58,514 bases of DNA from Bacteroidales bacterium (GTDB taxonomy: Bacteria > Bacteroidota > Bacteroidia > Bacteroidales > UBA1402), in the NCBI GenBank assembly GCA_017958305.1, contig JAGDCW010000026.1, positions 1 through 58,514 on the forward strand, in the 5' to 3' direction. Positions 27,629 through 36,333 of the stretch are shown here, piece by piece; position 1 is the first letter of the stretch; each line of letters begins with the position of its first letter. The translations under genes and the position numbers were made by a program. The notes under the pieces are model-generated. The model was not told the origin of the DNA and searched no databases. It worked only from the letters and a program-made list of their open reading frames with translations.

Positions 27629-27636
27629 TATCTTTG
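27629..27636 (+). promoter_or_regulatory. putative -7 box (TATCTTTG) upstream of recA
   Basis: An exact TAnnTTTG match lies about 100 nt upstream of ATG 27739. Confidence 0.4.
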
Positions 27637-27738
27637 CCCCGCCATGAGCACCGCCGGACAGCCTCCGGCCACATGCCCGGGGTAACGACAAAGTTCCGGC
27701 CAGAACACAGTAACAAAACAACTTAAAAGAATACCACT

Positions 27739-28758
27739 ATGGCAAAAGACGAACAGAATGTACAGAAGGGTCCTTCTGCAGACAAGCTGAAAGCGCTGCA
27801 GATGGCCATGGAGAAAATTGAGAAGAACTACGGCAAAGGCTCCATCATGAAGATGGGCGACGACAAGGTCGAGGATGTGCCGGTCATCTCCACCGGTTCG
27901 GTAGGGCTGAACATCGCCCTGGGTGTCGGCGGCTATCCCCGCGGACGCATCATCGAAATCTACGGTCCGGAATCGTCGGGTAAGACCACGCTGGCCATCC
28001 ATGCCATCGCCGAAGCCCAGAAAAACGGCGGTATCGCCGCCTTTATCGATGCCGAGCATGCTTTCGACCGCTTCTATGCCGAAAAGCTGGGGGTCGATGT
28101 CGAGAATCTCTGGATCTCGCAGCCCGACAGCGGTGAGCAGGCCCTTGAGATCGCCGACCAGCTGATCCGTTCCTCGGCCATCGACATCGTGGTCATCGAC
28201 TCGGTGGCCGCCCTGACGCCCAAGGCCGAACTGGAAGGCGACATGGGCGACAACAAGGTGGGGCTGCAGGCCCGGCTCATGTCGCAGGCGCTGCGCAAGC
28301 TGACGGCCACCATCAGCAAGACCAACACCACCTGCATTTTCATCAACCAGTTGCGTGAGAAGATCGGTGTCATGTTCGGCAATCCCGAGACGACCACCGG
28401 CGGCAATGCGTTGAAATTCTACGCCTCCGTCCGCCTGGACATCCGTCGCATCGGTCAGATCAAGGACGGCGAGGAAGTCATCGGCAGCCAGACCCGTGTC
28501 AAAGTGGTCAAGAACAAGGTGGCGCCTCCTTTCCGCACAGCCGAGTTCGACATCATGTACGGCGAAGGCGTGTCGCGGGTGGGCGAACTGGTCGATATCG
28601 CTTCCGAAATGGGCATCCTCAAGAAGAGCGGCTCATGGTATTCCTACAACGAGACCCGTCTGGCCCAGGGCCGTGAAGCCGCCAAAGACTGCCTGCGCGA
28701 CAATCCCGAGCTGGCCGAGGAAATCGAAAACAAGATCTACGAGGCCCTCAAGAAGTGA
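27739..28758 (+). CDS. recA: recombinase RecA
   Basis: 339 aa with Walker [10 protein letters not shown]. It has classic RecA blocks ([60 protein letters not shown]). Confidence 0.98.
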   Translation: MAKDEQNVQKGPSADKLKALQMAMEKIEKNYGKGSIMKMGDDKVEDVPVISTGSVGLNIALGVGGYPRGRIIEIYGPESSGKTTLAIHAIAEAQKNGGIAAFIDAEHAFDRFYAEKLGVDVENLWISQPDSGEQALEIADQLIRSSAIDIVVIDSVAALTPKAELEGDMGDNKVGLQARLMSQALRKLTATISKTNTTCIFINQLREKIGVMFGNPETTTGGNALKFYASVRLDIRRIGQIKDGEEVIGSQTRVKVVKNKVAPPFRTAEFDIMYGEGVSRVGELVDIASEMGILKKSGSWYSYNETRLAQGREAAKDCLRDNPELAEEIENKIYEALKK

Positions 28759-28784
28759 CCGTTTTTTGTGTTTTCATATATTGA

Positions 28785-28817
28785 AAGCGGGCGTCCCGGA
28801 GATTGGGACGCCCGCTT
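28785..28817. terminator. bidirectional terminator hairpin between recA (+) and the DUF5606 gene (-)
   Basis: The 13-bp perfect GC-rich stem AAGCGGGCGTCCC / GGGACGCCCGCTT has a 7-nt loop and is followed by a weak T-rich tract. Confidence 0.6.
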
Positions 28818-28819
28818 GT

Positions 28820-29230
28820 TTATTCTTTGGTCTTCTCCTCTTCGGAGAAATCGTCGTTGCCTGTCGTGACAAGCAGGTTGTACCAGGTGACCAGCTTTTT
28901 CATGTCGTAAATGTGGACCCGGTCCTTGTCGTAGGTGGGCAGGATTTCGGCCATGAGTTTGCTCATGGTCTCGTCGTCGGCTTTCTTGACATCGATGTCC
29001 ACGGGGGCCCCGTTGTATTTCTCCTTCATGAGGGCCATCACTTCGCGCAGGGGTTTTTCGCCCTCGTCGGTGTAGATGGCGATTTCGCCCAGGGAGACGA
29101 CGCGGTCCTGGTTGTAGGAGGGCATGCGCTTGCCGTCGGCGACCGACTCGACGATGAGCATGTTCTTGCCCTGTGACAGCAGCTTGTAGAGGCCGGGCTT
29201 GCCCGATATGGATAAGATTTTCTTCAACAT
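28820..29230 (-). CDS. DUF5606-family protein
   Basis: 136 aa. The N-terminus MLKKILSISGKPGLYKLLSQGKNMLIVES matches my recollection of Bacteroidetes DUF5606. It is the last gene of the nusB-yajC-ybbR-coaE string. Confidence 0.72.
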   Translation of the reverse strand: MLKKILSISGKPGLYKLLSQGKNMLIVESVADGKRMPSYNQDRVVSLGEIAIYTDEGEKPLREVMALMKEKYNGAPVDIDVKKADDETMSKLMAEILPTYDKDRVHIYDMKKLVTWYNLLVTTGNDDFSEEEKTKE

Positions 29231-29251
29231 GTTTTTTTTGTGATTAAGCGG

Positions 29252-29827
29252 TTATACAATTTGTGAGATAATATGCTGGATTTGGGGCAGCAGGGCGGTT
29301 TGCCCGTCGTTTGAGACCGTGTATGTGGCCAGGCGGCTGAGCTCCTGCTGCGGCAGTTGGCAGGCCATGCGCTGCCGGATGAGTTCGGGCGTCATGCCGG
29401 GGCGGCGTTGCACCCGTCGGATGCGCAGGTCGTCGGGCGCCGTCACGGCAATGGTGACATCGAACGACAGACCCAGGAGGCTTTGGAAGAGGATGGCGCT
29501 TTCGAACACCACCCAGTCGGCGTGCTGCCGTCCGCACCACGACACAAAGTCGCGGGCCACGGCCGGATGGGCCAACGCGTTGAGATGCTGCAACTGCCCG
29601 GGCTGGTCGAAGACCTTGGCGGCCAGGGCGGCGGTGTCCAGGCGGCCGTCGCGGTAGATGTCGTCGCCAAAGTCGCGGCAGAGCGCCTCTTTGAGGGCGG
29701 CATCCTCGTGGTAGAGCCTTTTCACTGCCTTGTCGGAGTCGTAGGTGGGGAATCCCAGGGTATGGAAAATCCTCGTGACGACGGATTTCCCGCTTCCGAT
29801 ACCTCCGGTGACAGCGATGGTTTTCAT
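29252..29827 (-). CDS. coaE: dephospho-CoA kinase
   Basis: 191 aa with P-loop VTGGIGSGKS at the N-terminus. Confidence 0.92.
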   Translation of the reverse strand: MKTIAVTGGIGSGKSVVTRIFHTLGFPTYDSDKAVKRLYHEDAALKEALCRDFGDDIYRDGRLDTAALAAKVFDQPGQLQHLNALAHPAVARDFVSWCGRQHADWVVFESAILFQSLLGLSFDVTIAVTAPDDLRIRRVQRRPGMTPELIRQRMACQLPQQELSRLATYTVSNDGQTALLPQIQHIISQIV

Positions 29828-29828
29828 T

Positions 29829-30827
29829 TTAGTTGATTTCGATCAGGCAGTCGGCTTGCTGCGGACTGATCCTGATGCGGCTGATGTGAGAGGGCGATTT
29901 GCTCAGGACGATGGGCTGCAACTCTCCCGGATGCTGGAGGAGCCGCTGGTAGTCGATGCTCAACTCGAAATCGTCGGCACTGATGGCGGCATATTGCGAG
30001 ACGCCCACCAGGAACGACACTTTGACGCGGGCCGGAAAGGTGCGCAGCGTGATGCCGGCGGGCAGGTTGAGGCCAACGACCGGCACTTCGAACGAGGCTT
30101 CGGTATAGGCTTCGACCGGGATGAACACTTCCACCTGCTCGGGATTGAAACGCACTCCTTCGATGCTTTTGAGCTGCATCATGGACGTGGTCGTGTCGTT
30201 GAGTTCCTTGAAGACGGTGGCCACCGTTTCCACCACCTGGAGGGTGTCCAGGATGGCGTGGGGGGCGAACACCTTGACCGCGGGCGGGGAGAGTACCGCC
30301 TGGCCGGCCTGCATGTACTGGGGAGCCAGGCCGATGACGGCGTTGAGGCGGACCGGAACGTCGCGGCTTTCCTTCTCCACGTAATAGACGCGCAGGCTGT
30401 CGGGCTGGATGCGCAGGATCTGTGCCTCGGGCTTGAGTGCCTGCGACAGGGCGCCTTCGTAGCGCGACAGGGGGATGCGGCCGACGCCCTCGGGCGTTTT
30501 CCAGCTCATCAGGTCGATTTCCAGGGGATGCGATTTGCGCTGGAAATGATAGCCGTAGAGATGCATGCCTTTGTCGCGGACCGTCACCTGGACACTGGGG
30601 ATGAGTTCGCTGGTGATGGTCACGCTCTCGGGCAGGGGCTTGTATTTGACCGGGTAGCTGATGACTGTCTCATTGACGGTCTGGGAATTCTGCAGAAACC
30701 AGAACAATGTGGCGATGAACAGAAACAGCAGGAAGGTGAGTATTTCGCTCCTTTTGGCGCTCAGCAGGAACCGGATGGTCATCCCGCTGTAGTGCCAGGC
30801 CCTTCTCCAAAAGCTGTTCTCTTTCAT
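29829..30827 (-). CDS. YbbR-like domain protein (membrane-anchored)
   Basis: 332 aa with one N-terminal TM (EILTFLLFLFIATLFWFL). Repeated beta-rich modules follow, in the conserved yajC/coaE neighbourhood. Confidence 0.72.
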   Translation of the reverse strand: MKENSFWRRAWHYSGMTIRFLLSAKRSEILTFLLFLFIATLFWFLQNSQTVNETVISYPVKYKPLPESVTITSELIPSVQVTVRDKGMHLYGYHFQRKSHPLEIDLMSWKTPEGVGRIPLSRYEGALSQALKPEAQILRIQPDSLRVYYVEKESRDVPVRLNAVIGLAPQYMQAGQAVLSPPAVKVFAPHAILDTLQVVETVATVFKELNDTTTSMMQLKSIEGVRFNPEQVEVFIPVEAYTEASFEVPVVGLNLPAGITLRTFPARVKVSFLVGVSQYAAISADDFELSIDYQRLLQHPGELQPIVLSKSPSHISRIRISPQQADCLIEIN

Positions 30828-30842
30828 GACGGACGGTCGGGC

Positions 30843-31184
30843 TTATTTTGCGGCTTTTTTCTCCTCTTTCTTGGGGGCCGGCTGGGTAGCGGCGAATACG
30901 GCTGATTTCTCGACGCGTACCCGGACGTTTTCGGAGATTTCGATGATGAAGGAATCTTCCTTCACCTCGCGGATCTTACCGTAGATACCGCCATTGGTGA
31001 TCACCTTGTCGCCCGGTTTGAGGGCGGCGCGGGCTTTTTCCACTTCTTTCTGCTTTTTGGTCTGGGGGCGGATCATGAACAGCCAGATAACGGCGAAAAT
31101 CAGAATCAGGGGCAGCAGGCCGCCGAGGCCTCCGAACATGCCGCCTTGTGCGCCGGCGGCTTGGAGAAGAATGCTTAGAGTCAT
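30843..31184 (-). CDS. yajC: preprotein translocase subunit YajC
   Basis: 113 aa with a TM segment, then RPQTKKQKE..LKPGDKVITNGGIYGKI. Confidence 0.9.
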   Translation of the reverse strand: MTLSILLQAAGAQGGMFGGLGGLLPLILIFAVIWLFMIRPQTKKQKEVEKARAALKPGDKVITNGGIYGKIREVKEDSFIIEISENVRVRVEKSAVFAATQPAPKKEEKKAAK

Positions 31185-31199
31185 AGTTTCGGGGTTTTA

Positions 31200-32126
31200 T
31201 CAATTCTTGAATAATTTGTTTTCTTGCTTGAGCTGTTGGACGATGGTGTCGAGCGTGCCGTTGATGAACAGGCCGCTCTTCTCGGTGCTGAACAGCTTGG
31301 CCAGGTCGATGTATTCGTTGAAGCTCACGTTGAGCGGAATGTCGGGGATGTCGATGATCTCGGCCAGGGCGATCTGCAGGATGAGCAGGTCCATCAGGGC
31401 CAGGCGTTCCAACTCCCAGTTCTTGACCACCTTCATGATGATGTCGCGGTACTGCGCCCCGTTGACGATGGCGTTGTGGAACAGCTGCCGGGCGAATTCC
31501 CGGTCGCCTTCGTCCTTGAACATGGGCAGCAGCGGCTGGCCGGGCCCCATGTTCTCTTCGAAACGCTTGATGGTCTTGATGACAAAGGAGATGACGATGT
31601 CCAGGTCGTCGTTCCAGAAGATGCAGCGCTCTTCCAACGCCTCGGCCAGCAAGTCGTTGTCGCTCAGGGTCTGTTTGAAGATCTTGCGCCACAGCTCCTT
31701 GTCGTCTTCGTAAGTGCAGGTGTCGGCGGCCATGTATTCCATATAGGCCGGCGAGCCGCTGATTTGTTCGAACAGCTGTTTGATGAGCCCTTCCATCTGT
31801 GCCCACGACAAGCCGTGGTTGAAGGCGAAGTGGTCCAGGTCGGTGTTGGCGGCCAGTTGGGCGGCCAGGCGGTTGTCGATGAAACGGGTGTTGGGATGCT
31901 GCTCTTCGGGGCTGGGCAGGTATTTGTTGCGCCCCAGCTCGATGCGTTCCGCGGCATAGCCGGTGATGGCCGGAACCAGCATCAGCAGATAGTGATACAG
32001 TTCGTAGCTTTTATCCAGGCTTACATTGAACTCTTTTTCTACGGCGCCGAGGTCCCTGTCGCTGTTCTGATAGTAGGCGTAGGCCATCTGCAGCACCTTG
32101 GAGCGGATAAGAACGCGGTTGATCAT
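31200..32126 (-). CDS. nusB: transcription antitermination factor NusB (long Bacteroidetes form)
   Basis: The start at ATG 32126 (MINRVLIRSKVLQMAYAYYQ) is favoured because a TAnnTTTG box lies inside the longer track ORF. The C-terminal NusB core reads LALMDLLILQIALAEI..NEYIDLAK. Confidence 0.88.
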   Translation of the reverse strand: MINRVLIRSKVLQMAYAYYQNSDRDLGAVEKEFNVSLDKSYELYHYLLMLVPAITGYAAERIELGRNKYLPSPEEQHPNTRFIDNRLAAQLAANTDLDHFAFNHGLSWAQMEGLIKQLFEQISGSPAYMEYMAADTCTYEDDKELWRKIFKQTLSDNDLLAEALEERCIFWNDDLDIVISFVIKTIKRFEENMGPGQPLLPMFKDEGDREFARQLFHNAIVNGAQYRDIIMKVVKNWELERLALMDLLILQIALAEIIDIPDIPLNVSFNEYIDLAKLFSTEKSGLFINGTLDTIVQQLKQENKLFKN

Positions 32127-32149
32127 CTCTATGGTCAAATTTAGTCGTG

Positions 32150-32157
32150 CAAAGATA
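32150..32157 (-). promoter_or_regulatory. putative -7 box (TATCTTTG) upstream of nusB
   Basis: The reverse complement of CAAAGATA lies 24 nt upstream of ATG 32126. Confidence 0.45.
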
Positions 32158-32192
32158 GCCATTTTTTTTTCTGTCGGATGACGATGTAATCA

Positions 32193-32211
32193 TATTTTTG
32201 CAGTACTTTTG
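32193..32211 (+). promoter_or_regulatory. two tandem -7-box matches (TATTTTTG, TACTTTTG) upstream of the DUF3276 gene
   Basis: Exact TAnnTTTG matches lie at 32193-32200 and 32204-32211, 53-64 nt upstream of ATG 32264. Confidence 0.4.
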
Positions 32212-32263
32212 GGTTTGTTATCGGACGAGGTGTCCGAATTCACAATTAAAAACCTGAACGTTT

Positions 32264-32596
32264 ATGGATAATAACTCTAACGAACTGTCAGACAAGAAAG
32301 AAATCATTTACAGTCAAACGGTGAAAGCAGGGAAGAGGATCTACTACATCGATGTCAAAAAAAGCCGCAACCAGGAATTGTTCCTCGCCCTGACCGAAAG
32401 CAAGCGCCTCCCGGCCTCCGAGGCCAATCCGCAGGATATCAGCTACGAAAAGCATAAGATATTCCTCTATCAGGAGGACTTCGACCACTTCATGGCCGCC
32501 CTTCAGGACGCCATCTCCTTCATCGACAGCAAGGGCGGATATGACCGCTCCCGTGAAAAAGATAGGGGAAATTCGTGGAACAACTTGGTTGAATGA
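32264..32596 (+). CDS. DUF3276 (PUR-alpha-like) nucleic-acid-binding protein
   Basis: 110 aa with IYSQTVKAGKRIYYIDVKKSRNQELFLALTESKR, typical of DUF3276 as I recall it. Confidence 0.78.
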   Translation: MDNNSNELSDKKEIIYSQTVKAGKRIYYIDVKKSRNQELFLALTESKRLPASEANPQDISYEKHKIFLYQEDFDHFMAALQDAISFIDSKGGYDRSREKDRGNSWNNLVE

Positions 32597-32607
32597 AAGT
32601 TTTGTAG

Positions 32608-32615
32608 TACTTTTG
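32608..32615 (+). promoter_or_regulatory. putative -7 box (TACTTTTG) upstream of rplY
   Basis: An exact TAnnTTTG match lies 78 nt upstream of ATG 32693. Confidence 0.4.
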
Positions 32616-32692
32616 CGCCGCTTTTCAGCCCTGTGTGATGGGAGAATTTAAGCAGACAATTAAATTTTTGAGTAACACAAAACTATCAGTCA

Positions 32693-33283
32693 ATGAAAAC
32701 AATTGAATTGAACGCTGCTCCGAGAGCAGATTTCGGCAAGAAGGCCTCCAAGGGCATCCGCAAGAGCGGTTCCATCCCCTGCGTCATGTACGGAGGCAAG
32801 TACGGTGAAGACGAAGCCCTGCATTTCCAGATCAAGGAAGACGACCTGCGCGGCTTGCTCTATACGCCCAGTGTCTATCTGGTCAATCTGACCCTCGAGG
32901 GCAAATCATACAAGGCCATCCTCAAGGAGGCCCAGTTCCATCCTGTCAAGGATACCCCCCTGCACCTGGATTTCCTCGAAGTATTCGACGACAAGCCCAT
33001 CGTAGTGGAGCTGCCCGTCAAGCTGAACGGTCTGGCTGCCGGTGTCCGCTCGGGTGGCAAGCTGAGCCTGGATATGCGTAAGCTCCGCGTCAAAGGTCTC
33101 TACAAGGACGTTCCCGAATGCCTGAACATCGACGTTACTTCTCTGGAACTGGGCAAGACCATCCAGGTCGGTGGACTGCACTTCGAAAACCTGGAAATGA
33201 TGAACGCCAAGAACGCCGTCGTCTGCGCTGTCAAGCTGACACGTGCCGCCCGTGGCGCCGCTGGCCAGGAAGAAGCTCAATAA
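32693..33283 (+). CDS. rplY: 50S ribosomal protein L25/general stress protein Ctc
   Basis: 196 aa with N-terminus MKTIELNAAPRADFGKKASKGIRKSGSIPCVMYG and HPVKDTPLHLDFLEV. Confidence 0.93.
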   Translation: MKTIELNAAPRADFGKKASKGIRKSGSIPCVMYGGKYGEDEALHFQIKEDDLRGLLYTPSVYLVNLTLEGKSYKAILKEAQFHPVKDTPLHLDFLEVFDDKPIVVELPVKLNGLAAGVRSGGKLSLDMRKLRVKGLYKDVPECLNIDVTSLELGKTIQVGGLHFENLEMMNAKNAVVCAVKLTRAARGAAGQEEAQ

Positions 33284-33289
33284 TAGGAC

Positions 33290-33859
33290 ATGAAATACCT
33301 GATTGCCGGGTTGGGGAATATCGGCGACGAATACAGCCATACCCGTCACAACATAGGTTTCGACATATTGGACGCTTTTGCGAAAGCGTCCAATGTTGTT
33401 TTTTCCAAAGCCCGTTACGGCGCCGTGGCCCAATGCAGTTTGAAGGGAAGGCAGCTGGTCCTGCTCAAGCCTTCGACCTACATGAACCTGAGCGGCCAGG
33501 CGGTCCGCTACTGGCTCCAAAAGGAGAAAATCCCCATAGAAAACCTGCTGGTGGTGGTCGATGACATCGCCCTTCCCTTCGGACAGTTCCGCCTGCGGGG
33601 AGAGGGCAGTTGTGCCGGCCACAACGGCCTGGGCAACATCGAGTTCGAACTCGATACCGAGAAATACGCCCGCCTGCGTTTCGGCATAGGCCACGATTTC
33701 GGCCCCGGCCAGCAGGTGGACTATGTGCTGGGCCGTTGGCCCGAGCAACAGCAGGCCCTGCTGCCGGAGCGTTTCGAGGTGGCCGTGGAAATCATCAAGG
33801 CCTTCTGCCTGTCGGGCCTGGATTTCGCCATGAACCACTATAATAAAAAAGGTATCTGA
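33290..33859 (+). CDS. pth: peptidyl-tRNA hydrolase
   Basis: 189 aa with [30 protein letters not shown] and GHNGL motifs. Confidence 0.95.
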   Translation: MKYLIAGLGNIGDEYSHTRHNIGFDILDAFAKASNVVFSKARYGAVAQCSLKGRQLVLLKPSTYMNLSGQAVRYWLQKEKIPIENLLVVVDDIALPFGQFRLRGEGSCAGHNGLGNIEFELDTEKYARLRFGIGHDFGPGQQVDYVLGRWPEQQQALLPERFEVAVEIIKAFCLSGLDFAMNHYNKKGI

Positions 33860-33863
33860 TACC

Positions 33864-34262
33864 ATGGCCGGCGAAGTGCGCATCGACAAGTGGCTCTGGG
33901 CCGTCCGTCTCTACAAGACCCGTACCATCGCCGCCGAAGCCTGCCGCAAGGGGCAGGTGAGCCTGGGCGGTGTCAACCTGAAGCCTTCGCGCATGGTCAG
34001 AGTGGGAGATGTGGTGAGCGTGCGCAAACCACCCATCACCCTGTCGTTCAAAATCTTACAGGCTATAGAAAACCGCGTTTCCGCCAAATTGGTGCCCGAG
34101 ATGCTCGAGGATGTCACGCCCCCCGAGCAGTACGAACTGTTGGAACTCTCCAAAATCGGCGGTTTCGTGGACCGTGCCCGGGGTACCGGCCGTCCTACCA
34201 AGAAAGAACGCCGCGACCTCGACAGCTTCCTTTCCGACGATTTTTTCGATATCGACGACTAA
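33864..34262 (+). CDS. hslR: S4-domain RNA-binding heat-shock protein Hsp15
   Basis: 132 aa with RIDKWLWAVRLYKTRTIAAEACRKGQV (S4 motif). It sits downstream of pth. Confidence 0.88.
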   Translation: MAGEVRIDKWLWAVRLYKTRTIAAEACRKGQVSLGGVNLKPSRMVRVGDVVSVRKPPITLSFKILQAIENRVSAKLVPEMLEDVTPPEQYELLELSKIGGFVDRARGTGRPTKKERRDLDSFLSDDFFDIDD

Positions 34263-34341
34263 CCGCCGCCAGGCTATTCGGTCGTCCTGTCATGCGACTG
34301 ACCGCCGATTCGTTTTTCGACTAGGAGAAAATCGTAAAAAC

Positions 34342-34379
34342 AAAAGGCTGACACCGTAGCAGTGGTGCCAGCCTTTTTT
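34342..34379. terminator. bidirectional terminator between hslR (+) and the lipoprotein gene (-)
   Basis: The stem is AAAAGGCTGACACC / GGTGCCAGCCTTTT (14 bp with one A/C mismatch) and has an 8-nt loop. A-run and T-run flank it. Confidence 0.65.
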
Positions 34380-34398
34380 GTATTCTTCCGTTTGTGGT

Positions 34399-34986
34399 TT
34401 ATTCAACCGTGCCGAGCATTTCCTTGACGGTCACGCCCACGCCGATGAATTTCTCTCCGTAGTCTTTCTTGAACTGGCGGAAGTAGGCTTTGTGGCCGAC
34501 CGAGATGTTGAACCAGACACCGTTGTACTGATAGAGGTACATGATGGTGGCCGAGGGTTTGTCGGTGGTGGGTGCCTCGGTAATCTCTTCGCCCAGTTCG
34601 TCGCCCGAGATGCCTTTAGCCTTGTACACCTTATCGCCGTCGGCGGCCTTCTTGACGGCTGCATATACCGTCTGAATGTAGGCCTGCACCTTGGCTGCGG
34701 GAATGGACGTGATGTCGCTGCCGGTGTAGAAGAACACTTCGTCTTTCATCGGATTGCTCTCGCTGCGAGGATCAGTTTTGAGTTCGCTTAGTTCGATGGC
34801 GAAGTCGGGGACCAGTTTGTCGCTTTCCAGGCCGGCAAAGGCGAATTTGTCGCCGATGGAGATGTTGTTTTTGCCGCCACCATCGCCGTTACCACCTTCG
34901 TTGCCGTTGCCGCCTTCGTTGCTGTTGTTTCCACCGCACGACAGCAGCAGCGCTGCGGTGGCCAGGAGTACTAATGCTTTTTTCAT
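34399..34986 (-). CDS. lipoprotein of unknown function with a Gly/Asn-rich linker
   Basis: 195 aa. The signal/lipobox MKKALVLLATAALLLSCGG is followed by NNSNEGGNGNEGGNGDGGGKNN. I recognise no family. It lies 38 nt downstream of the Met-rich protein gene on the same strand. Confidence 0.68.
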   Translation of the reverse strand: MKKALVLLATAALLLSCGGNNSNEGGNGNEGGNGDGGGKNNISIGDKFAFAGLESDKLVPDFAIELSELKTDPRSESNPMKDEVFFYTGSDITSIPAAKVQAYIQTVYAAVKKAADGDKVYKAKGISGDELGEEITEAPTTDKPSATIMYLYQYNGVWFNISVGHKAYFRQFKKDYGEKFIGVGVTVKEMLGTVE

Positions 34987-35024
34987 AATGTTGTAGGGTT
35001 ATGGGGTTGTTGTGTTACACTTGT

Positions 35025-36167
35025 TTATTCATCATTACTGGAACCATCACCTCCTACTTTCAGGTCGAAATCCTCGATTTTTTTCGATAGTTCGAAGTAG
35101 AGATAGGCTGCAGTGTAAGGTGTGGACTCATACAGTGAATACTCCGCACTCTGTGTCATGGCATACAATTTTTCCTGAACCTCATTTTCCTGCTTGAGGA
35201 CAGGCAACATTTCGGCCCGGCAGCAGTCCATCGCAGCGATTACGGCATTGCGGTGGATGGGAATGTACTCTCCGTAGAAGGCTTTCATGGTATTGATCCA
35301 TCGGGTCTCAGCAGCTTTCAATCGAGCTTGTGCAGCTCTCACTTGTTCGGCGGATATGGCCTCTTCTGCTTCTATCACAGCCTTTGCTATCTCAGCATTT
35401 ATTTCTTCGATGGTCTTCTGATACTTCCTTTTGTATAGATCCATTCCTTCACTCATGGCGGAAGTGATTTTCCCGCTTGCTTCGTTTTGGAGACGGTAGG
35501 CCTTCTGAGCCAGTGCGTTCATCTCCTGCACCAGGGCTGCTTGTGTTTTGTTGGCGGCACGTTTGCCTTTGTCGGCTTCCATTTTGTTTGTTACGGACTC
35601 TCCCAAGCCAGACTGCTGCATAAATTCCATGCGCTGCTGCTCGGTCATGTGAGACATAGCCTCGATGTCGCGGGTGGTCATACCGCCCGTCTGGGCAGCC
35701 ATCATCTTGTCGGCCAAGGCTTTCTGGTCGGCCTCGCTGATCTGGCCGCTTTGCATTTTGGCGATATCGGCCTGGCTCAGTCCCATACCGGCCACCCGGC
35801 TTTTCATCGTGCTCATGGCCAATGCCTTGGCTTGAGCCTCGCTCATGCCTGCCACTTGTCCGGCGGTCAGGTTGGTGCCGCCGACTTTCGACGACATCGC
35901 CTTCTGCTGGAGCGAAGGAGCCAGCGTCTTTTGCTGCATTTCCTGAATCTGGTCGTTGGCCTCGTTCCATTTTTCCATAAACTCGTTGAGAATGTCTGAG
36001 TCAGGAGCTTCCGTACGGGTGGGGTCGTTTTGCTCCACCCAACAGTTGAGCAAGGCTGCCGTGGAGGGCAGGTCGGGTGTCATAGCCATGACGGCCTCGG
36101 GCGTCATTTGTGCCCGGAGGGGGAGTAGCAGCGACAGGGCTGTTACGATGATGATTAGCTTTTTCAT
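35025..36167 (-). CDS. secreted Met-rich helical repeat protein (LTxxQ-like repeats), unknown family
   Basis: ATG 36167 gives signal peptide MKKLIIIVTALSLLLPLRAQ, and the product is 380 aa. Repeats present: LTAGQVAGMSEAQAKALAMS, GLSQADIAKMQSG, ISEADQKALADKMM, MTTRDIEAMSHM, TEQQRMEFMQQ. The gene is visibly lower in GC than its flanks. Confidence 0.7.
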   Translation of the reverse strand: MKKLIIIVTALSLLLPLRAQMTPEAVMAMTPDLPSTAALLNCWVEQNDPTRTEAPDSDILNEFMEKWNEANDQIQEMQQKTLAPSLQQKAMSSKVGGTNLTAGQVAGMSEAQAKALAMSTMKSRVAGMGLSQADIAKMQSGQISEADQKALADKMMAAQTGGMTTRDIEAMSHMTEQQRMEFMQQSGLGESVTNKMEADKGKRAANKTQAALVQEMNALAQKAYRLQNEASGKITSAMSEGMDLYKRKYQKTIEEINAEIAKAVIEAEEAISAEQVRAAQARLKAAETRWINTMKAFYGEYIPIHRNAVIAAMDCCRAEMLPVLKQENEVQEKLYAMTQSAEYSLYESTPYTAAYLYFELSKKIEDFDLKVGGDGSSNDE

Positions 36168-36196
36168 AAGAGTTGTACAGGTTTTTTGATTTGTTT

Positions 36197-36222
36197 CTGA
36201 CAAAAATACTCGGTTCTGTCAG
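36197..36222. promoter_or_regulatory. inverted repeat CTGACA-N14-TGTCAG enclosing the -7 box (reverse complement TATTTTTG, 36201-36208) of the Met-rich protein gene
   Basis: Both elements are seen directly. The -7 box lies 34 nt upstream of ATG 36167 on the minus strand. An operator function is inferred only. Confidence 0.35.
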
Positions 36223-36230
36223 GCTCTTTT

Positions 36231-36286
36231 CCACCCAAACAGGGGGAATTGTCGTGATAGCCATATGATTCTACCCGTTTGGGTGG
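36231..36286. promoter_or_regulatory. 10-bp perfect inverted repeat CCACCCAAAC ... GTTTGGGTGG in the divergent promoter region
   Basis: The arms lie at 36231-36240 and 36277-36286 and extend to 13 bp with one bulge. The right arm contains TACCCGT, loosely like NarL-type heptamers. Confidence 0.3.
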
Positions 36287-36306
36287 TATATAGGTAGAGG
36301 AATGAA

Positions 36307-36314
36307 TATCTTTG
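36307..36314 (+). promoter_or_regulatory. putative -7 box (TATCTTTG) upstream of the histidine kinase gene
   Basis: An exact TAnnTTTG match lies 20 nt upstream of ATG 36334. Confidence 0.45.
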
Positions 36315-36333
36315 TGGTTGAAATCTAAACGTT

